From Azolla caroliniana (taxonomy: Eukaryota > Plantae > Polypodiophyta), in contig JBHGNT010000008.1 of assembly GCA_043228905.1 (NCBI GenBank), positions 2,170,001 through 2,234,000 on the forward strand: a stretch of DNA of 64,000 bases. Direction: 5' to 3'. Shown here piece after piece: positions 1 to 13,028 of this stretch. Position 1 is the stretch's first letter. Every line of letters begins with the position of its first letter. The notes beneath the pieces are model-generated. The model searched no databases and had not been told where the DNA came from. It saw nothing but the letters and a program-made list of their open reading frames with translations. The translations under genes were made by a program, and so were the position numbers.

Positions 1-16
1 AGCTTGTCTCTCAACA

Positions 17-30
17 CTCCCCCTCAAGCT
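17..30 (-). other. Polypurine tract of Copia A
   Basis: Minus strand AGCTTGAGGGGGAG immediately precedes the TGTTGAGAG start of the 3' LTR. Confidence 0.85.
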
Positions 31-298
31 CAACTTGAGGCTCTTCGAGATCCTTGGGCACACAACTCCGGTTCCTCCTGGCTTCACGCCTCGCTCGCGC
101 TCCTCGACCTGTTCGACTCCGCACGCTTCGACCCTTACGGTCGGCTTGTCTACTCATGTGACACTTCTTCTGCTGCCTTTTCTTCCGCTATTGCGTTGTC
201 GACACTTCTTCTGCTGCCTTTTCTTCCGCTTGGGCCTCGGTTGATTCAACGTGTCTGAATCAAACATCTGAACCGACTCGGCTACTTCCGATTGGTTT

Positions 299-3200
299 TC
301 ACTCTCGTCCGAGTTGGCTGTCTCCAACTCGTCTTCGGTCTTCTCGTCCTCGATTGTCATCTCCCCCATGCGTGGTTGGCATCGGCTCTCTCCTTCGGCT
401 GCTCCCCTTCTGTCTGCTTCCGAACTTTTCCGCGGGTCCACCCTCGGCTTCTTCAACTGATCCGATGTCGAACTTGTCAAGAGACTCGGTGTCGCGATGT
501 CCGCTCCTTTCCTGCTGCCTTGCTTGGTCGTTCGGGACTGTTCTCCCCCTCAAGTTCGGCACATCAAGGTGACGCAACCCGAGCGCACCTGAGAATTGCC
601 GCAACTTGTCCAGACCAAGAGGCTTGGTGAAGATGTCGGCAGTCTGCCGATCCGTCGAAACGTATTGAAGTTCGACTTCACCGGAAAGGACACGCTCACG
701 AACGAAATGGTAGTGCACCTCAATGTGCTTGGTTCGTGCGTGGAAGACGGGGTTCTTTGCGAGCTAGATGCTACTGAGGTTGTCGCAGTAGATCGTCGTC
801 GAATCTGACACCTCCACGTGCAGGTCCTTAAGTAGCCGCTTCAACCATATGGCTTCGCATGTCGCGATAGCCGCTCCTCGGTACTCAGCTTTGGTGCTCG
901 ACAGTGTAACAGTCGGCTGCTTCTTACTGCTCCACGCAATCGCGGCACTCCCGAGGGAGAACGCGTATCCAGACGTGGATCGGCGATCGGCGGCGTTGCC
1001 AGCCCAATCAGCATCGGTGTAGCCAACTAACTGCGCGGTTGTACCGGTCCGATATAGCAGTCCTCGGTCCTTAGTGCCACTTACGTATCGCAGTACGCAT
1101 TGCGCACACTGAAGGTGCTCCTTGGTAGGTCGCGCCATGAACTGACTGATCACCCCGACCGGATAACTAAGGTCGGGTCGGGTGATGGTCAAGTATATGA
1201 GGCTTCCGACAATTTGTCGGAACCTCGTCGGGTCGCATACCTTTCCCGTATCGGGACGAAGCTTGATGGTTCTGTCCAGAGGAGTCGAGACGGTCTTACA
1301 GTCGGCCATCCCGAATTTGAAGAGCATACTCAACACGTAGTGACGTTGGCTGATCAATATGCCTTCGGGGGTACGGATCACTTCGATCCCGAGGAAGTAA
1401 TGAAGGTCCCCCAGATCCTTCATGTCGAACGATGCCGCAAGCTGGAGCTTCACGCGGTCGATTTCACCTAGGTCGGCGCCGGTGATGACCAAGTCATCAA
1501 CATATAGTAAAATACTAACCGGTCCGAGTCGACCTTTCCGGATGAACAGGGAAGAGTCCGATTTTGACGTGGCAAAGCCCATCCGACGTAGTTGTTGCGT
1601 GATCTTCGCGTTCCAGGCACGCAGGGCTTGCTTCAGTCCGTAAAGGGACTTCTTCAGTCGGCATACTGCCGAGGAGTTTGTTCCGGAGTGAAATCCGGGG
1701 GGTTGTACCATGTACACCTGTTCCTCAAGGTCACCTTGTAGGAACGCATTCTTTACATCCATCTGATGTAAGTGCCACCCCTTGGCCGCGGCTACTGCGA
1801 GCAAAACACGGACGGTCGTCATTTTCGCGACCGGCGCAAACGTCTCATCGTAGTCGATGCCATGTTTCTGCGCATAGCCCTTTGCCACCAGCCGAGCCTT
1901 GTACCGGTTGACCGAGCCATCGGTGTTGTACTTGACCTTGTACACCCACCTACACCCAATCGGTTTTACCCCTTTTGGTGCGTCAACCAGGTCCCAGGTC
2001 TCGTTTTCCGCCAATGCGTGCATCTCTTCCTCCATCGCGGCACGCCAATTCACGTCTTTAACTGCTTCTGCATAGCTCTCCGGCTCACGCACTTCTGCTA
2101 CACGGGTCATGTACGCATAATGATGCGCCATGTACTCGTTGTATCCGAACCACAAAACAGGATTCTTCTGGTGGGTAGATCGGCGTAATCTCACATCAGC
2201 CGATGTCGAGGCCTTCTCGGTCGACGCGGTCTTCAGCTTTAAAGACCCATCACCGGTTCCCTCGGAGTCGGACTCGCGTCGGTCTGACTCGTTCCTATCC
2301 GTGTCGGAATCCGACACCTTCTTCTTCCCTTTCTCTTTGCGCGTGAGCCGTCTCCTCGGCTTCCTGCGCGGGGAATGCACGACCGAGTCTCCACTACTCG
2401 CCGGCTCTTCATCAGACTGATCGTACCGACTCAGTCGTCCAATCGGTCCACTTAACCGGAGTGAAATCGGACTCTCTTCACGGGTCTCGATTTCGGGCTC
2501 ATCCGGAGGCATCTCGGCCTCGCTGACCTCATCATTAGAACTCGTATTGGAGTTGGGATTCTGAGTCGGGAGCAGGTACCAGGACGCGGACTCGTCAAAC
2601 ACAACGTCGCGGCTGACACGCGCTTGTTTGGTGCGAGGGTTATAGCACTTATAACCCTTCTGCTCGTCCGAGTAACCGACCAAGATGCACTTCTCGGCCT
2701 TTGCGTACAGCTTCCTCCTTTTCTTCTTCGGTACATTCACATACGCAATGCTACTGAACACCCTCAAGTGTCGCAAGTTCGGCTTCGTTCCGAAATATAG
2801 CTCGTGCGCTGACACTTTGTCTCCGATCCGGTTCTGGATGTATACTGCGGTCCTTACCGCCTCGGCCCAGTAGAACTTTGGCAAGCTCTTCTCCTCCAGC
2901 ATTTCCCGTGCCGCTTCCACAATTGACCGATTCTTTCTCTCGGCCACACCATTCTGCTCTGGCGTGTATCTACAACTGAATTCGCGGCGAATTCCCACGC
3001 CATTCTGCTCTGCCATCCGACCGCAGGCACTTGATCTTTCGTCCCGTTTCAGCTTCCACGAACCCTTTGAGGTCCCGGAAACAGTCGAAGACTTCGCTCT
3101 TCCTCTCAATGAGGTAGATCCACGTGTGCCGCGTGTGCTCGTCGATGAAAGAGACGAAATATCGGCTCCCGCCAAGACTAACATTTTGTGTCGGCCCCCA

Positions 3201-4800
3201 TACATCGGAGTGTATAAGGTCGAGCTTGTTCCGGCTCCGGTTTCGCTCGTTGGGGAAGGGAAGTCGGTGTTGCTTCCCAAGCTGGCAGGCTTCACAAACT
3301 TGTGCCTTTCGGTCACTAAATTTGGGAAATCCGAACCCTACCTGTTTCGATTGCAGATCTTGAAGCCGCTGGTAGTTGACGTGGCCTATCCGCTTGTGCC
3401 ACAAGTCGATGTCCGACTCAGTCTTTTGTCCCTTCGCGAACATTGCGGTGCCGCTGTCAGTGGAGTCGAGGATGAACATCCTCCCGTCTCTGTGCCCTTG
3501 CGCAATCACACGACCTTCTTCCTCAATGAAGCACCCGAGGTGTGTAAACCGAACCTCCATCCCTTGGTCGACGATCTGTCCGACCGAGACCAAGTTTTTC
3601 GTGATTGTCGAGACGTGCAGCACGTTCATGAGTTTCCCTTTCTGCCCGACATGGCTAAGGGGAACTTCTCCGACATTTGCGATCGGATGCGGATGTCGTC
3701 TCCAGTTGCGACTACTCCAGGTTGTATCGGTTTTTCAAGGTACGAGAACCACTCCTTATGGCTCGTCATGTGGTTTGACGCGCCAGAGTCTAGGTACCAC
3801 ACCTCGTCCGATCTCGGGGTGGTCCCTTTCATTGAGTTTGCTTCGTGTCTCGTCACGAAGGCAGTCCCTTCTCCGACTCTCCAGAGTCTTCGGCGTAGTG
3901 CGATCGCTGCTGATTTCCCTTGTCGATATGTCTGGAGCCATTTCTCTCCAAATCGGCGCGCTTCTTCTAGCACTCACTTTCCTTGTGGCCTTTCTTGCCA
4001 CAGTACCAGCACTCTGCGATGGCCTTCCCTTGCCGGTTCTCATCGCTTCGACTCCCCCTGTTTCCGGAGGGTCCAGAGTTGTTGTCGGCATCACTTCGGT
4101 GCCTTCTTCCTTGATCACGTCGGCCGCCTTCATTGCGCACCGACTCGCCTCGTCCGCCACGACCACGGAGCCTATCTCCCTCCGTGTACAGCATTCTGCT
4201 GTCGGTGTGCATGCTTGTCGACGCACCCGCGTGGTTCTCCTCTACTAGGAGCATCGACTGTAAGTCGAAAAAGGATGGTGTATTCTCCCGGCTACACACA
4301 GCCGTTCAGAACGCTCCGAACTTCGACGCCAAACCTCCGAGACAGATCTGGACCATCTTGCTCTCCTCGATGTTCACCTCTATGGAGGCGAGGGAGTCGT
4401 AGATATCCTTGATCTTCGAGGTATAGTCCGCCACCGACAAGTCGCGTTGTCGTAGGTTGCTCAACTCCTGTCGGAGCTGAAGCTTCCTGGCTGTGGTGCT
4501 CGCGGCGAAAATCTTCTTTAGATTTTCCCACGCACCCTTCGGCGTCTTTGCATCCCGAACATAGCTCAGTAGCTGTTCGCCCACACACGACGCGAAGCAG
4601 TACAATACCCTGCTCGCCGATTGCTCCCACGACGGGAAGTCTCTGTGTGTCGATTCAGGTGCCGCATCATTAGCTCCTTCGACATAACTCCAGTAGCCGT
4701 GCCCGAGCAGGTACTGGTGCATCTTGTAGGACCAAGACGCGTAGTTGGTTCTGTCGAGCTTCTCTGTTGGAAGCGAGCTCGCCATGCCTCTATCCATCAT
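299..4800 (-). pseudogene. Copia gag-pol polyprotein broken into several ORFs by frameshifts and stops
   Basis: Gag (EKLDRTNYASW..., 4306-4800), zinc knuckle CWYCGKKGHKESEC, protease WYLDSGASNHM, GAG-pre-integrase WHKRIGH..CEAC, integrase HSDVWGP/TPEQNGVAERKNR, RT YKARLVAKGY/QMDVKNAFL/LYVDD, RNase H YTDADWAG and QTADIFTK. Confidence 0.95.
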
Positions 4801-4857
4801 TCTTCTTGTTCTTCTTCGTCAAACTGTGTCGGTTGCAGAGAGGTTCTCAACCCTCGC

Positions 4858-4869
4858 GCTCTGATACCA
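4858..4869 (-). other. Primer-binding site (initiator tRNA-Met) of Copia A
   Basis: Minus strand TGGTATCAGAGC directly after the CA end of the LTR; the canonical plant iMet PBS. Confidence 0.92.
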
Positions 4870-5263
4870 TGTAAAAAGAAACGTGCGAAAGCAGGTATGA
4901 AGACAGAACAGAGGAAGGAAACTCAGGTTCAATGGAGAGCTTGGGCTTACACGGTATACGCGGGAGAGATAGAGAGAGAGAGAGAGAGAATCCACAAAAC
5001 TATATTCAATAATAATACTCAGTCTGTACATAAGATGTGCTCAGTGAACACTTTAATACAAGCCCTAGAAGGACTGACTGAAGTACTGACAGTACTTCAA
5101 TGCTCATCAAGAGCTCCTACACTAACTCCCAAATATATTCCTCACGGAATATCTTTCCTAACGACCTCCCGGTTTACGCACTCGGCCTAACCGATCGGTC
5201 CCAACCGATCCGATCCTCAGCTTCTTCAGCTGAACCGGCCGATGTTGAGCTTGTCTCTCAACA
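4870..5263 (-). repeat. 5' LTR of Copia A (394 bp)
   Basis: TG...CA termini, abuts the PBS, and its terminal 16 bp are identical to window bases 1-16. Confidence 0.9.
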
Positions 5264-5872
5264 TTTTTGTCAAGCTTCTCCGTCGGAAGCAAGCTAGCCA
5301 TTCCTTTGTCCATTTCTCTTCTTGTCTATTCTTACTAGGTGTTAGGTCTTGGTTTGTGTCGAAAGCTCTTGTCGGCAGTAGAGGATATGTTAACCCTCGC
5401 ACTCTGATACCATGTAAAAGTTAAGGTGCGTAAGCGTGTACACAACCGGTTCAGCCAGATAGTAACAGAAAACATAAACGAAGGTTTAATGGAAGCTTGA
5501 AAATACATAGTACGCGGGAGAGACAAAGAGAGCAGAACAGTAAACTCTATTTCAAAAGTAATGAACACTCTGTACAAACAATGTGCTCAGGGAGCACTTT
5601 TATATAAGTCCTTAAAAGGACTGACAGAAGTACCAACAAGGACTTCAATGCTCATACTGAGCAACAAACACTGACTCCCAAAAATATGCCTACGTACTAG
5701 GCTAGGTTCATAAGTCTCTTACGGCCTACCGGTTACAATCCGATCCGGATTACGATCCTGCTCTTGGTTCCGGACACCAATCTGGATACCAATCTGGTTC
5801 TCTATTTCGGATATTGATCCAACTCTGGCTTACTCAATCGATCCTAATCCAGTTGACCTTGTCCACGCAACA
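5264..5872 (-). mobile_element. 5' end of a related Copia B (LTR 5413-5872, PBS 5402-5412, gag start 5313), interrupted by Copia A
   Basis: Second TGGTATCAGAG PBS and an LTR visibly homologous to 4870-5263. Gag start reads MDKGMASLLPTEKLDK versus MDRGMASSLPTEKLDR in A. Confidence 0.88.
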
Positions 5873-7080
5873 TCAATCCTTCATTGAAGCTGCTCGGCAT
5901 CCTTCTTGTTCTCCACATCTCCTGCAATCCAGCTTCCAAACTAGGAAAAATCTACTCCCAAAATTCCACGAAGAAGGCTTTGAGAATGCCGTCAACTCCA
6001 GGGCAAGCCTTGCTATGAATCCTGACTAGCCCTACGACAACCTCTTCCTTCTCCATGGTCTTTGAAAAATGTGTTTTGGCTACCTCTCCAATCCCAGTCT
6101 TCAAGCATGCAACCACATCATGCATCAAGTTAATTGGTGGGGCTTCTATCAATGCTAGAGCTAAAAGGTCTCTGTAATACTTAATTGCCATTTGCAAGAT
6201 TTCATCTTGATCAGGTTTCAATGAATCATCCTCCCGTTTGACACTTAGAATATGATTTCCCCTTAGTTTCAGAGCCTTGTTAAGAAAAAACTCCCTGTTA
6301 ACTTTATCTCCCTTCACAACCCACCATGTTGCTGACTTTCTGAAGAGGAATTACTCACATTGCTGCCTAATCTCCTGCATTACCCTTGTGGCTTTCTACA
6401 GTCTATCTTTTGCCCAAGAACAATGTGGGCCCACTTATGTAAGCTTTTGAGCTGAGATGATTGCCTTCCTTAGGCGTTGCAACTGGTATTGACACCTTAC
6501 CACCTCCTCTCTAGCCACTTTCTGAAGAACATGTGAAGAATTAATAATCTTTTCCTCCAATACCTGTATCGGGTTGTCGGATGATGGAGATGTTGCCCAG
6601 ATGTTATTCACTACATCCTTAACCTTCTGGATACCAAAAATCTTTGGATGAATCCTCAAATTGCACTCACTCTTCTTCTTTTAAATAGGATTGAGAGTCA
6701 AGGAAACTAGAAGGTGATTGGAATAGGTAAAGCCAGGTAGAATGGATGTGTAGCCACGCCAATCCTCTATTCTAGGGCTCACATAGATGTGCTCCAATCT
6801 AGAGTGACATCCTTCACTCTCCTCCCAACCAAATCGTGAAAACCTCAAGGAATTCTCCTCAACCACCATACTAGAAGACCACAAATCTCTTATTCCAAGC
6901 ATAGAAATTAAGAAACCCCATGTTCTGAGCTCCTCCCCCTTTAACAAGTTCGAGTGAGCCTCGAGACAATCTTCGGTTCTCTCTATCATGTTAAAATCTC
7001 TTGCCACTATCCAGTTCTCAAAGGAGGGAATTTTGCTTGCCAACTCACTCCAAAATGAAGACATTGTCATGCGGACATTG
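5873..7080 (-). mobile_element. Degenerate L1-type LINE ORF2 fragment (endonuclease C-terminal half to pre-RT region)
   Basis: WIVARDFN (GDFN motif), SRLEHIYVS (SRLDR), YSNHLLV (SDH), FFLN.., KACPGVDGI.KAFF.EFWE (KSPGPDG motif). Confidence 0.8.
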
Positions 7081-7671
7081 GTAATAGTGAAGTGCAGAAA
7101 ACAATCGCCCGAATTGAGGCCGAAAATCCCTCGATTGTGGGAGTTGACTTTGTTCTGCTAAAAGACTAGAGGATGCAAGTTATGGAGGTACCTAAGGTCA
7201 CAGTGAACATTGGTAATCCCAAGGGAAGAGTTCACAGTTGGAGTAGAGCACATATGGTCCACATCAATAATGACTCTGGTAGACCGGAGATCAGATGCTC
7301 CTTTGATTTGGAGCCCGATTTGGAAGATGAAAGGGGAGAAGCCTCGTCCTTGAAGACGTTTTGTAACAGGGCAACAATGTGTATGTAATACCTTACTTCT
7401 TAAAATGAGGCTAAGGGGCTAGAAACATTGTGGAAGAGCTCCCCAATACAAGGGGAGGTTATGGAACTTGTTGCAGATGTTCCATTGGTTTGCATATGGA
7501 GGGTGCATAATCTAGTGCTAAAACTTGGTCGGTTTTACTTCCATTGTGGTGAATTACCCAAGGATCAAAAACGGAAAATAAGAATGGAGTGGGAAATTAT
7601 ATGGAGTATGCTGGAGACATATTTGTTGAGCAAGGGAAAATCCCCTTCGCTCTTCTTTTGAGCCCAAGTCA

Positions 7672-8062
7672 ATGAGAATTTGTTCTTGGAATGTGTTGGG
7701 ACTAGGTGGGTCACAACATCTACTTGAGAAGTGAATTTTTAGGAGGGAATTTGAAGTTGTTGGCTTATGTAGGACGATTGATAGTGCTCTTACAAGAGCA
7801 TCACCTTGGACAGGAAAGAATAGAACTTTTCAAAGACCCGTTGCCAAGGGATTGGTACACATGGTGGGCTCCAGCTCACAGTGTGCTAGAGAGGAGAGGT
7901 GGAGTCTGTATTTTGGTGAGGAAATCGCCTGATATCACCATTTTGGATCATGGCATATTGATAGAAGGAAGGGTCATGTTCTGCTACCTGGAATGGAGGA
8001 ATGTGAAATTTGGGGTTTTGAATGTCTATGCACCAAATAGTAGCAGTGAGAGGAACTTCTTG
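7672..8062 (+). mobile_element. LINE APE endonuclease N-terminal fragment
   Basis: MRICSWNV.GL, LLQEHHL, RGGVCILV, EGRVM and LNVYAPN motifs of L1 endonucleases. Confidence 0.8.
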
Positions 8063-8765
8063 AATTACGATGGTCATGAAACCAATAAATAAAGGTCGTT
8101 GGTTTTATGACATTGAGAAAATAGTTGCCCAAAAATATGCAAACAAATGTTGAAGGATACACTATCAAATAGAATGGCCCTACCCATGAAGTTCATAGTG
8201 TGTAGGTTTTACAACTGCCAAGTAATTTTTGGTTTTAAACCATCAATTACCCTCCATTCACGAAATTAATGAAATCATCATAATGTTTGCAAAACAATGA
8301 GCACTAACTTCTAAGAATTTTCCAATAACATGTATGTGATTGCTCATACCGCCAATTGACAACTAATGTACAAAAATCCCACTTATATAACAAGAGTGCA
8401 AAGTTGGGAGTGGATGCATAAAAGGGACTTGGATACATTCACATATTTGAACTCCTAGAGACTTATGTAATTCTCAAAAGCAAATATCTCTAAGTCATTA
8501 TAGCACCTCCGCAATCATAACCATATGTGATTTGGTGGAATGATCCAATGTCCTTTAACAACTTTCTTCCTTACTACATTGAATGGCTAAAATCCTTTTA
8601 TTTTCTTTGCCCCTAAATCATCAAGCTTATAGTTTACCTTCAACAAGTGTCAAATGTATTAACCTTGGATTGTTGGTTATTTGTGGTTTTCATGTTTACA
8701 TGCATATGTTGTTATGCTTATTCACATTCTTAAGCTCATAATTTTAGCGCTCTTTCAAACCAATA

Positions 8766-9999
8766 CAGTAGACATTCGGTTAAGTGCGTGCCCACATAAG
8801 TGCACCATTCTATTAAGTGCGCTTTTTATAGTGGTCAAAATCCAGATAAAAAAAATTACATTGTTTCATGACAAAATTACATTAAACCAAGTTAAAACTA
8901 TGTTCTAAACATTCAGAAAACAACAAAATGAGCTTCTATGGGTATGTTTATGTGTGTGTGTTTACGATTACAAGGCCATCCCACAAGTTTAGTGACACAG
9001 GATATGCATGAATTGGAACCAAGAAGTGTTATGGTAACGAGAACGAGTCCAAACATTAAGAAAACAACAAAAGGAGTTTTTGTGGGAATGTCTATGTGTG
9101 TGTCATGTGTTCTACATGTGTGTGCGTGTGCGTGTGCGTGTGTTACGATTACAAATTTGTGATTTTGATTCTTGATTAAAGAACATAAACAAAGAATGGC
9201 AAACAAATCTTGATGTTCGTGAATAATCAAGTTTTGTAGCAATTGGTTGTGAATGCAAGCTCTCCTTCTCCACGTGCACCATATCCATTTGTTCTCCTTC
9301 TCTTTCTGTGTGCGCCTGTATCACATCTGTGCGTGCTCTTTTCTTGCATGAAGAAAGCCTCTCTCCCTCCCTCTCTCTTTATGTGCATCTTGTTTAGATG
9401 ACAAAAGTTGCAGTCGGTGATTTATCTGTTGCTCCCCCTCTCTTTTCTTGTCTCCTCCATCTGTACTTCCATTCCTCAAACCTGCCGCCACTAGGAAGAA
9501 AATGCAAGAAAAAATCCCATCGCATAATGCATCCAAGGAAGCTCATTAGGTTTGTTGCATAATGGATGTATTTCTCAGATGTAGAAAAAGACAAACATTG
9601 AAGGCAATCTAGAATCGAGAAAGACATTGAAGAGTGTGTATGGTGAAACTTGAAACATTTTAGGTCAATTTAACACGTAAATTGATCACTTTTCTTATCA
9701 AGAATTGTATGATTAACATACAGAAGGAAAAATATTTCAGAAAACCCTAAAAATTTCCAAAAAACCCTAAAATGTTTGAGAGAAAGAAATTGAAGAGTAT
9801 GTATGGTGAAACTAGAAACATTTTAGGTCAATTTCTCACATAAATTTATCACTTTTCTTATCAAGAATTGTATGATTAGCATATAGAATGAAAATATTTC
9901 AGAAAACCCTAAAAAGTTTCAGAAAACTAAGTGCGCAGCTTGGTTAAGTGCGCACCTCTTCCTTGCGTTCAAAGTGCGCACTTAACCGAATGTCTACTG
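8766..9999. mobile_element. Non-autonomous Tc1/mariner (pogo-like) DNA transposon, 1234 bp
   Basis: Perfect 23-bp TIRs cagtagacattcggttaagtgcg (8766-8788) and its complement (9977-9999), flanked by a TA duplication (8764-65, 10000-01). No transposase ORF recognised. Confidence 0.88.
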
Positions 10000-12897
10000 T
10001 ACTTTGTTTCTTATTTTCTTCATGTATAATATATTCTAGATAGAAGACACTATGCTTCTGTTTTTTCTAAATAGTTGTCTCTCTTTTTTGATTCGTGAGA
10101 CAGGAAACTTGAAAGAGACAAATTTAAGGTATAGAAATCACATTATTTCACAAATGCAACAGTTGGTCCTCCAATGCATTACGTGCACGGATTTTGGCTA
10201 GCTAAAGATACAAAACTTGAAAGAGACATATGAAAAAGGTAGCCAAGAGGCAGATTATGTATGGATCTCATGAAAACATAACCTTGGGCCAAAAATCAAA
10301 GTCTTATTATGGAAAACAAAACAAGATTCATAAATTAAGACCATGCCCCGCTAAGGTTTGGTAGCTTCATTTAAAATTTCTCACAACCCATTTTTGTATT
10401 TCGATCAATTTAAGAGTGTGAACCTTGTCTTCTTCTCTTTCTTCCAAAACCGATGTCTTATAATGATCTAGGCTTGAAAATGATTCCTATCAAATGATTT
10501 TTGTCCCTATGGGGTGGATCGACACGGTTGAGAACCCAATAGTAGTTTGCTACCACATGTGCTCTTCTTTGCTTCTCAATCAGTGTCAATTGAGCCAAAT
10601 CATTATGGAATGCTACCTTAACATAATTTTTGGACCAAGTTTCTACACAATAGAATGAATATGTACATATATACATATATGCATGCATGCATACATACAT
10701 TTATGCATAGTATGAACCATACATACCATACGTGCATTCACATTCGAGAATGCTTCAATCATTCGAGTATGGTAAACACCCTCGAAGTATGGTAAATAGT
10801 ACTAAATACCATACTTTTGTATTCATTACTTATTATAAGGTAAAAAATATTTAAGGTAAAAAGTGTAAAAAAAAACATAAGAATGTTTTGATAACATACG
10901 CATTCGTTTACATTTGTATGAAAAAAAATGTTTGCCAATGCATTCAAGTATATTACGTACTATCCATTTATGTATGTTATGTGAGTGTGTTTGTAGTTGC
11001 AATGCTACAATATGCAATATTATACGTCAATGAGGGTTCTCAATTTTGTAATCGTATTACTAATATTCGATAAAGAGTATATGTATATGCATGGCCTATA
11101 CGTACAATAATACCAAAATACCCCTTAGTTGTTTGATATTTACATTTATACCCCTTTATTGTATGAGGGGTTTTTTGGTAAATGTTTGGGTCCCCTTCGA
11201 GGGGAGGGGGGTATTTTGTCCTATATACACATATAAGTCTATATTGAGGGGTTTCATGCAAGTTATGACATATGACGTGAGCCAAAAAAAAAGGCAAACC
11301 AGATCTGGATAGGTCATCACTTTTCTAGTCCATGTCTACTCCACATTAGCAATGCAAAACCGACACAACGAGATTCAAAACGATTTCCAACACTTTTTTG
11401 CTTCTCCACCTTTTTATTTCCACACTTTCTCATGTTCACATTTCCTTGCCCTTTTGTTTCTCCTTCTTCCCTTTTCTTTTATGGATTTCATGCTTTATGA
11501 AAGCTTCTTGAAACCACTCATCACACAACTAGTAATTGTCCACTTACATGGAGTGGTTTCACAACTAGATTCGTGTTGGAATCAATGTTCGGGGGATTTT
11601 CCCTAGTAACATGCACTAGTACGGATTTAGTGAACAACCCTTTGTAACTTCTTTTTGTCAACCACAAGTTAAAAAATGGAACTCACGTTTCGGTGAACGA
11701 AGACAACTTTTTCCTTGAACACTACTCACTTCCTTTTGAAGTATTAATGTTAGTATCAACCGTTCGTCCCCGTTTTCTTCATCCTTGAAGCACCATTTGT
11801 GCACAATTTTCCATTTCAATTGCAACGTTTAGTTGTGAAGCTGAGGAACTCATGCTCAAATTTGAGTTCATCCTATTCTTCGCTTTCCCCTTCCATCAAT
11901 CACTTCACATGTTCTCATTTTCTTTCTTGTAAAATGGGATTTCCCCCAACTATTTTTAAATACTTGTTAACCATTTATTTGGATTCCATGGGACCTTATA
12001 AACAATTTTTATGCTATCTTGTCATAGATGCTTTTTCCCCTAAAAACAAATTCTCACATTCTTTCGATTGGCCTCCAATATTGTAATGTCATGTAGTTTC
12101 CTTCCATGGACATTCATATTTGTGTGTTTTTGAGGAGGATGGGAGGTTGCATTCCTATTAGGGAAATATGGTCTACCTTGTGTGTGTGTACGGGGCATGT
12201 GTCCAACAAAATGTTGAATATATATAGACGAGTGGTTGCATCCCTATCAAGGAAATATATTTTATCCTTCATAACTTTAGGGTTATATATAAACGGGGCA
12301 TATGTCAAATCGGGGCATGGTGTTGAATCACAAAAGGTTATTGTAAGTAGTAGCCAAATATTTTAAAAGCCTTGAAAACTAGCCATTTATGAAGCATTTT
12401 AGCCAAAATGATGTGCACATTAAGTTCTTTATTGTCTTCGAAACCTTGGTGATTTCAATATTGTAACATCAAAGTTGTAAAAACTCGAGGAAGCCTCATT
12501 TTATTAATTTGCTATGGATGTTCCCACACTTTGTCCCTCTAGAGGTAGATGTGACAATGGTAGTAACGTGACACCACGTACTCCAATTATTATAGCTACT
12601 TGTTAGATCATGACATCAAAAGTGAACTTTATTCTAGAAAGATTGACTAGGGGAAGGAGATTAATTTGTCACGTAAAATCGAGTCATAACATTAGGTCAT
12701 ATCTCTTTCTATCTCCTTCCTCTCTCTCCCCCCCCCCCCCCCCCCCCCTCCAAGAATGATGCATTATTGCAACACCTGCTTTATGAGGGAAAATAAATTA
12801 TAGTTGCTTGCATGCTTGCCTACTACTCGTATTTGTGATGCTACACTTTTCTTGTTACTCTAGTACCCCATCATATTTCTGACTAATATAAATGTGT

Positions 12898-12997
12898 NNN
12901 NNNNNNNNNNNNNNNNNNNNNNNNNNNNNNNNNNNNNNNNNNNNNNNNNNNNNNNNNNNNNNNNNNNNNNNNNNNNNNNNNNNNNNNNNNNNNNNNN
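12898..12997. other. Assembly gap (100 N)
   Basis: Run of exactly 100 N, typical of a gap of unknown size. Confidence 0.99.
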
Positions 12998-13028
12998 GAT
13001 GATAACATGCTATGGCTATTATTTACAG

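Larger units (their letters stand above)
1..5263 (-). mobile_element. Ty1/Copia LTR retrotransposon A, near full length, frameshifted; 3' LTR runs off the left window edge
   Basis: Minus-strand order: 5' LTR 4870-5263, PBS 4858-4869, gag, protease, integrase, RT, RNase H, PPT 17-30. Bases 1-16 (agcttgtctctcaaca) match the LTR terminus at 5248-5263. Integrase before RT is the Copia arrangement. Confidence 0.97.

Noticed and set aside
2964-4412. 482-aa plus-strand ORF and other long ORFs antisense to Copia pol
   Set aside because: Shadow ORFs of GC-rich coding sequence with no recognisable motifs.
10335-12330. Possible TIR pair (accatgccccg / cggggcatggt) bounding a decayed element
   Set aside because: Only about 11 bp match, no TSD found, and the interior could not be assigned.
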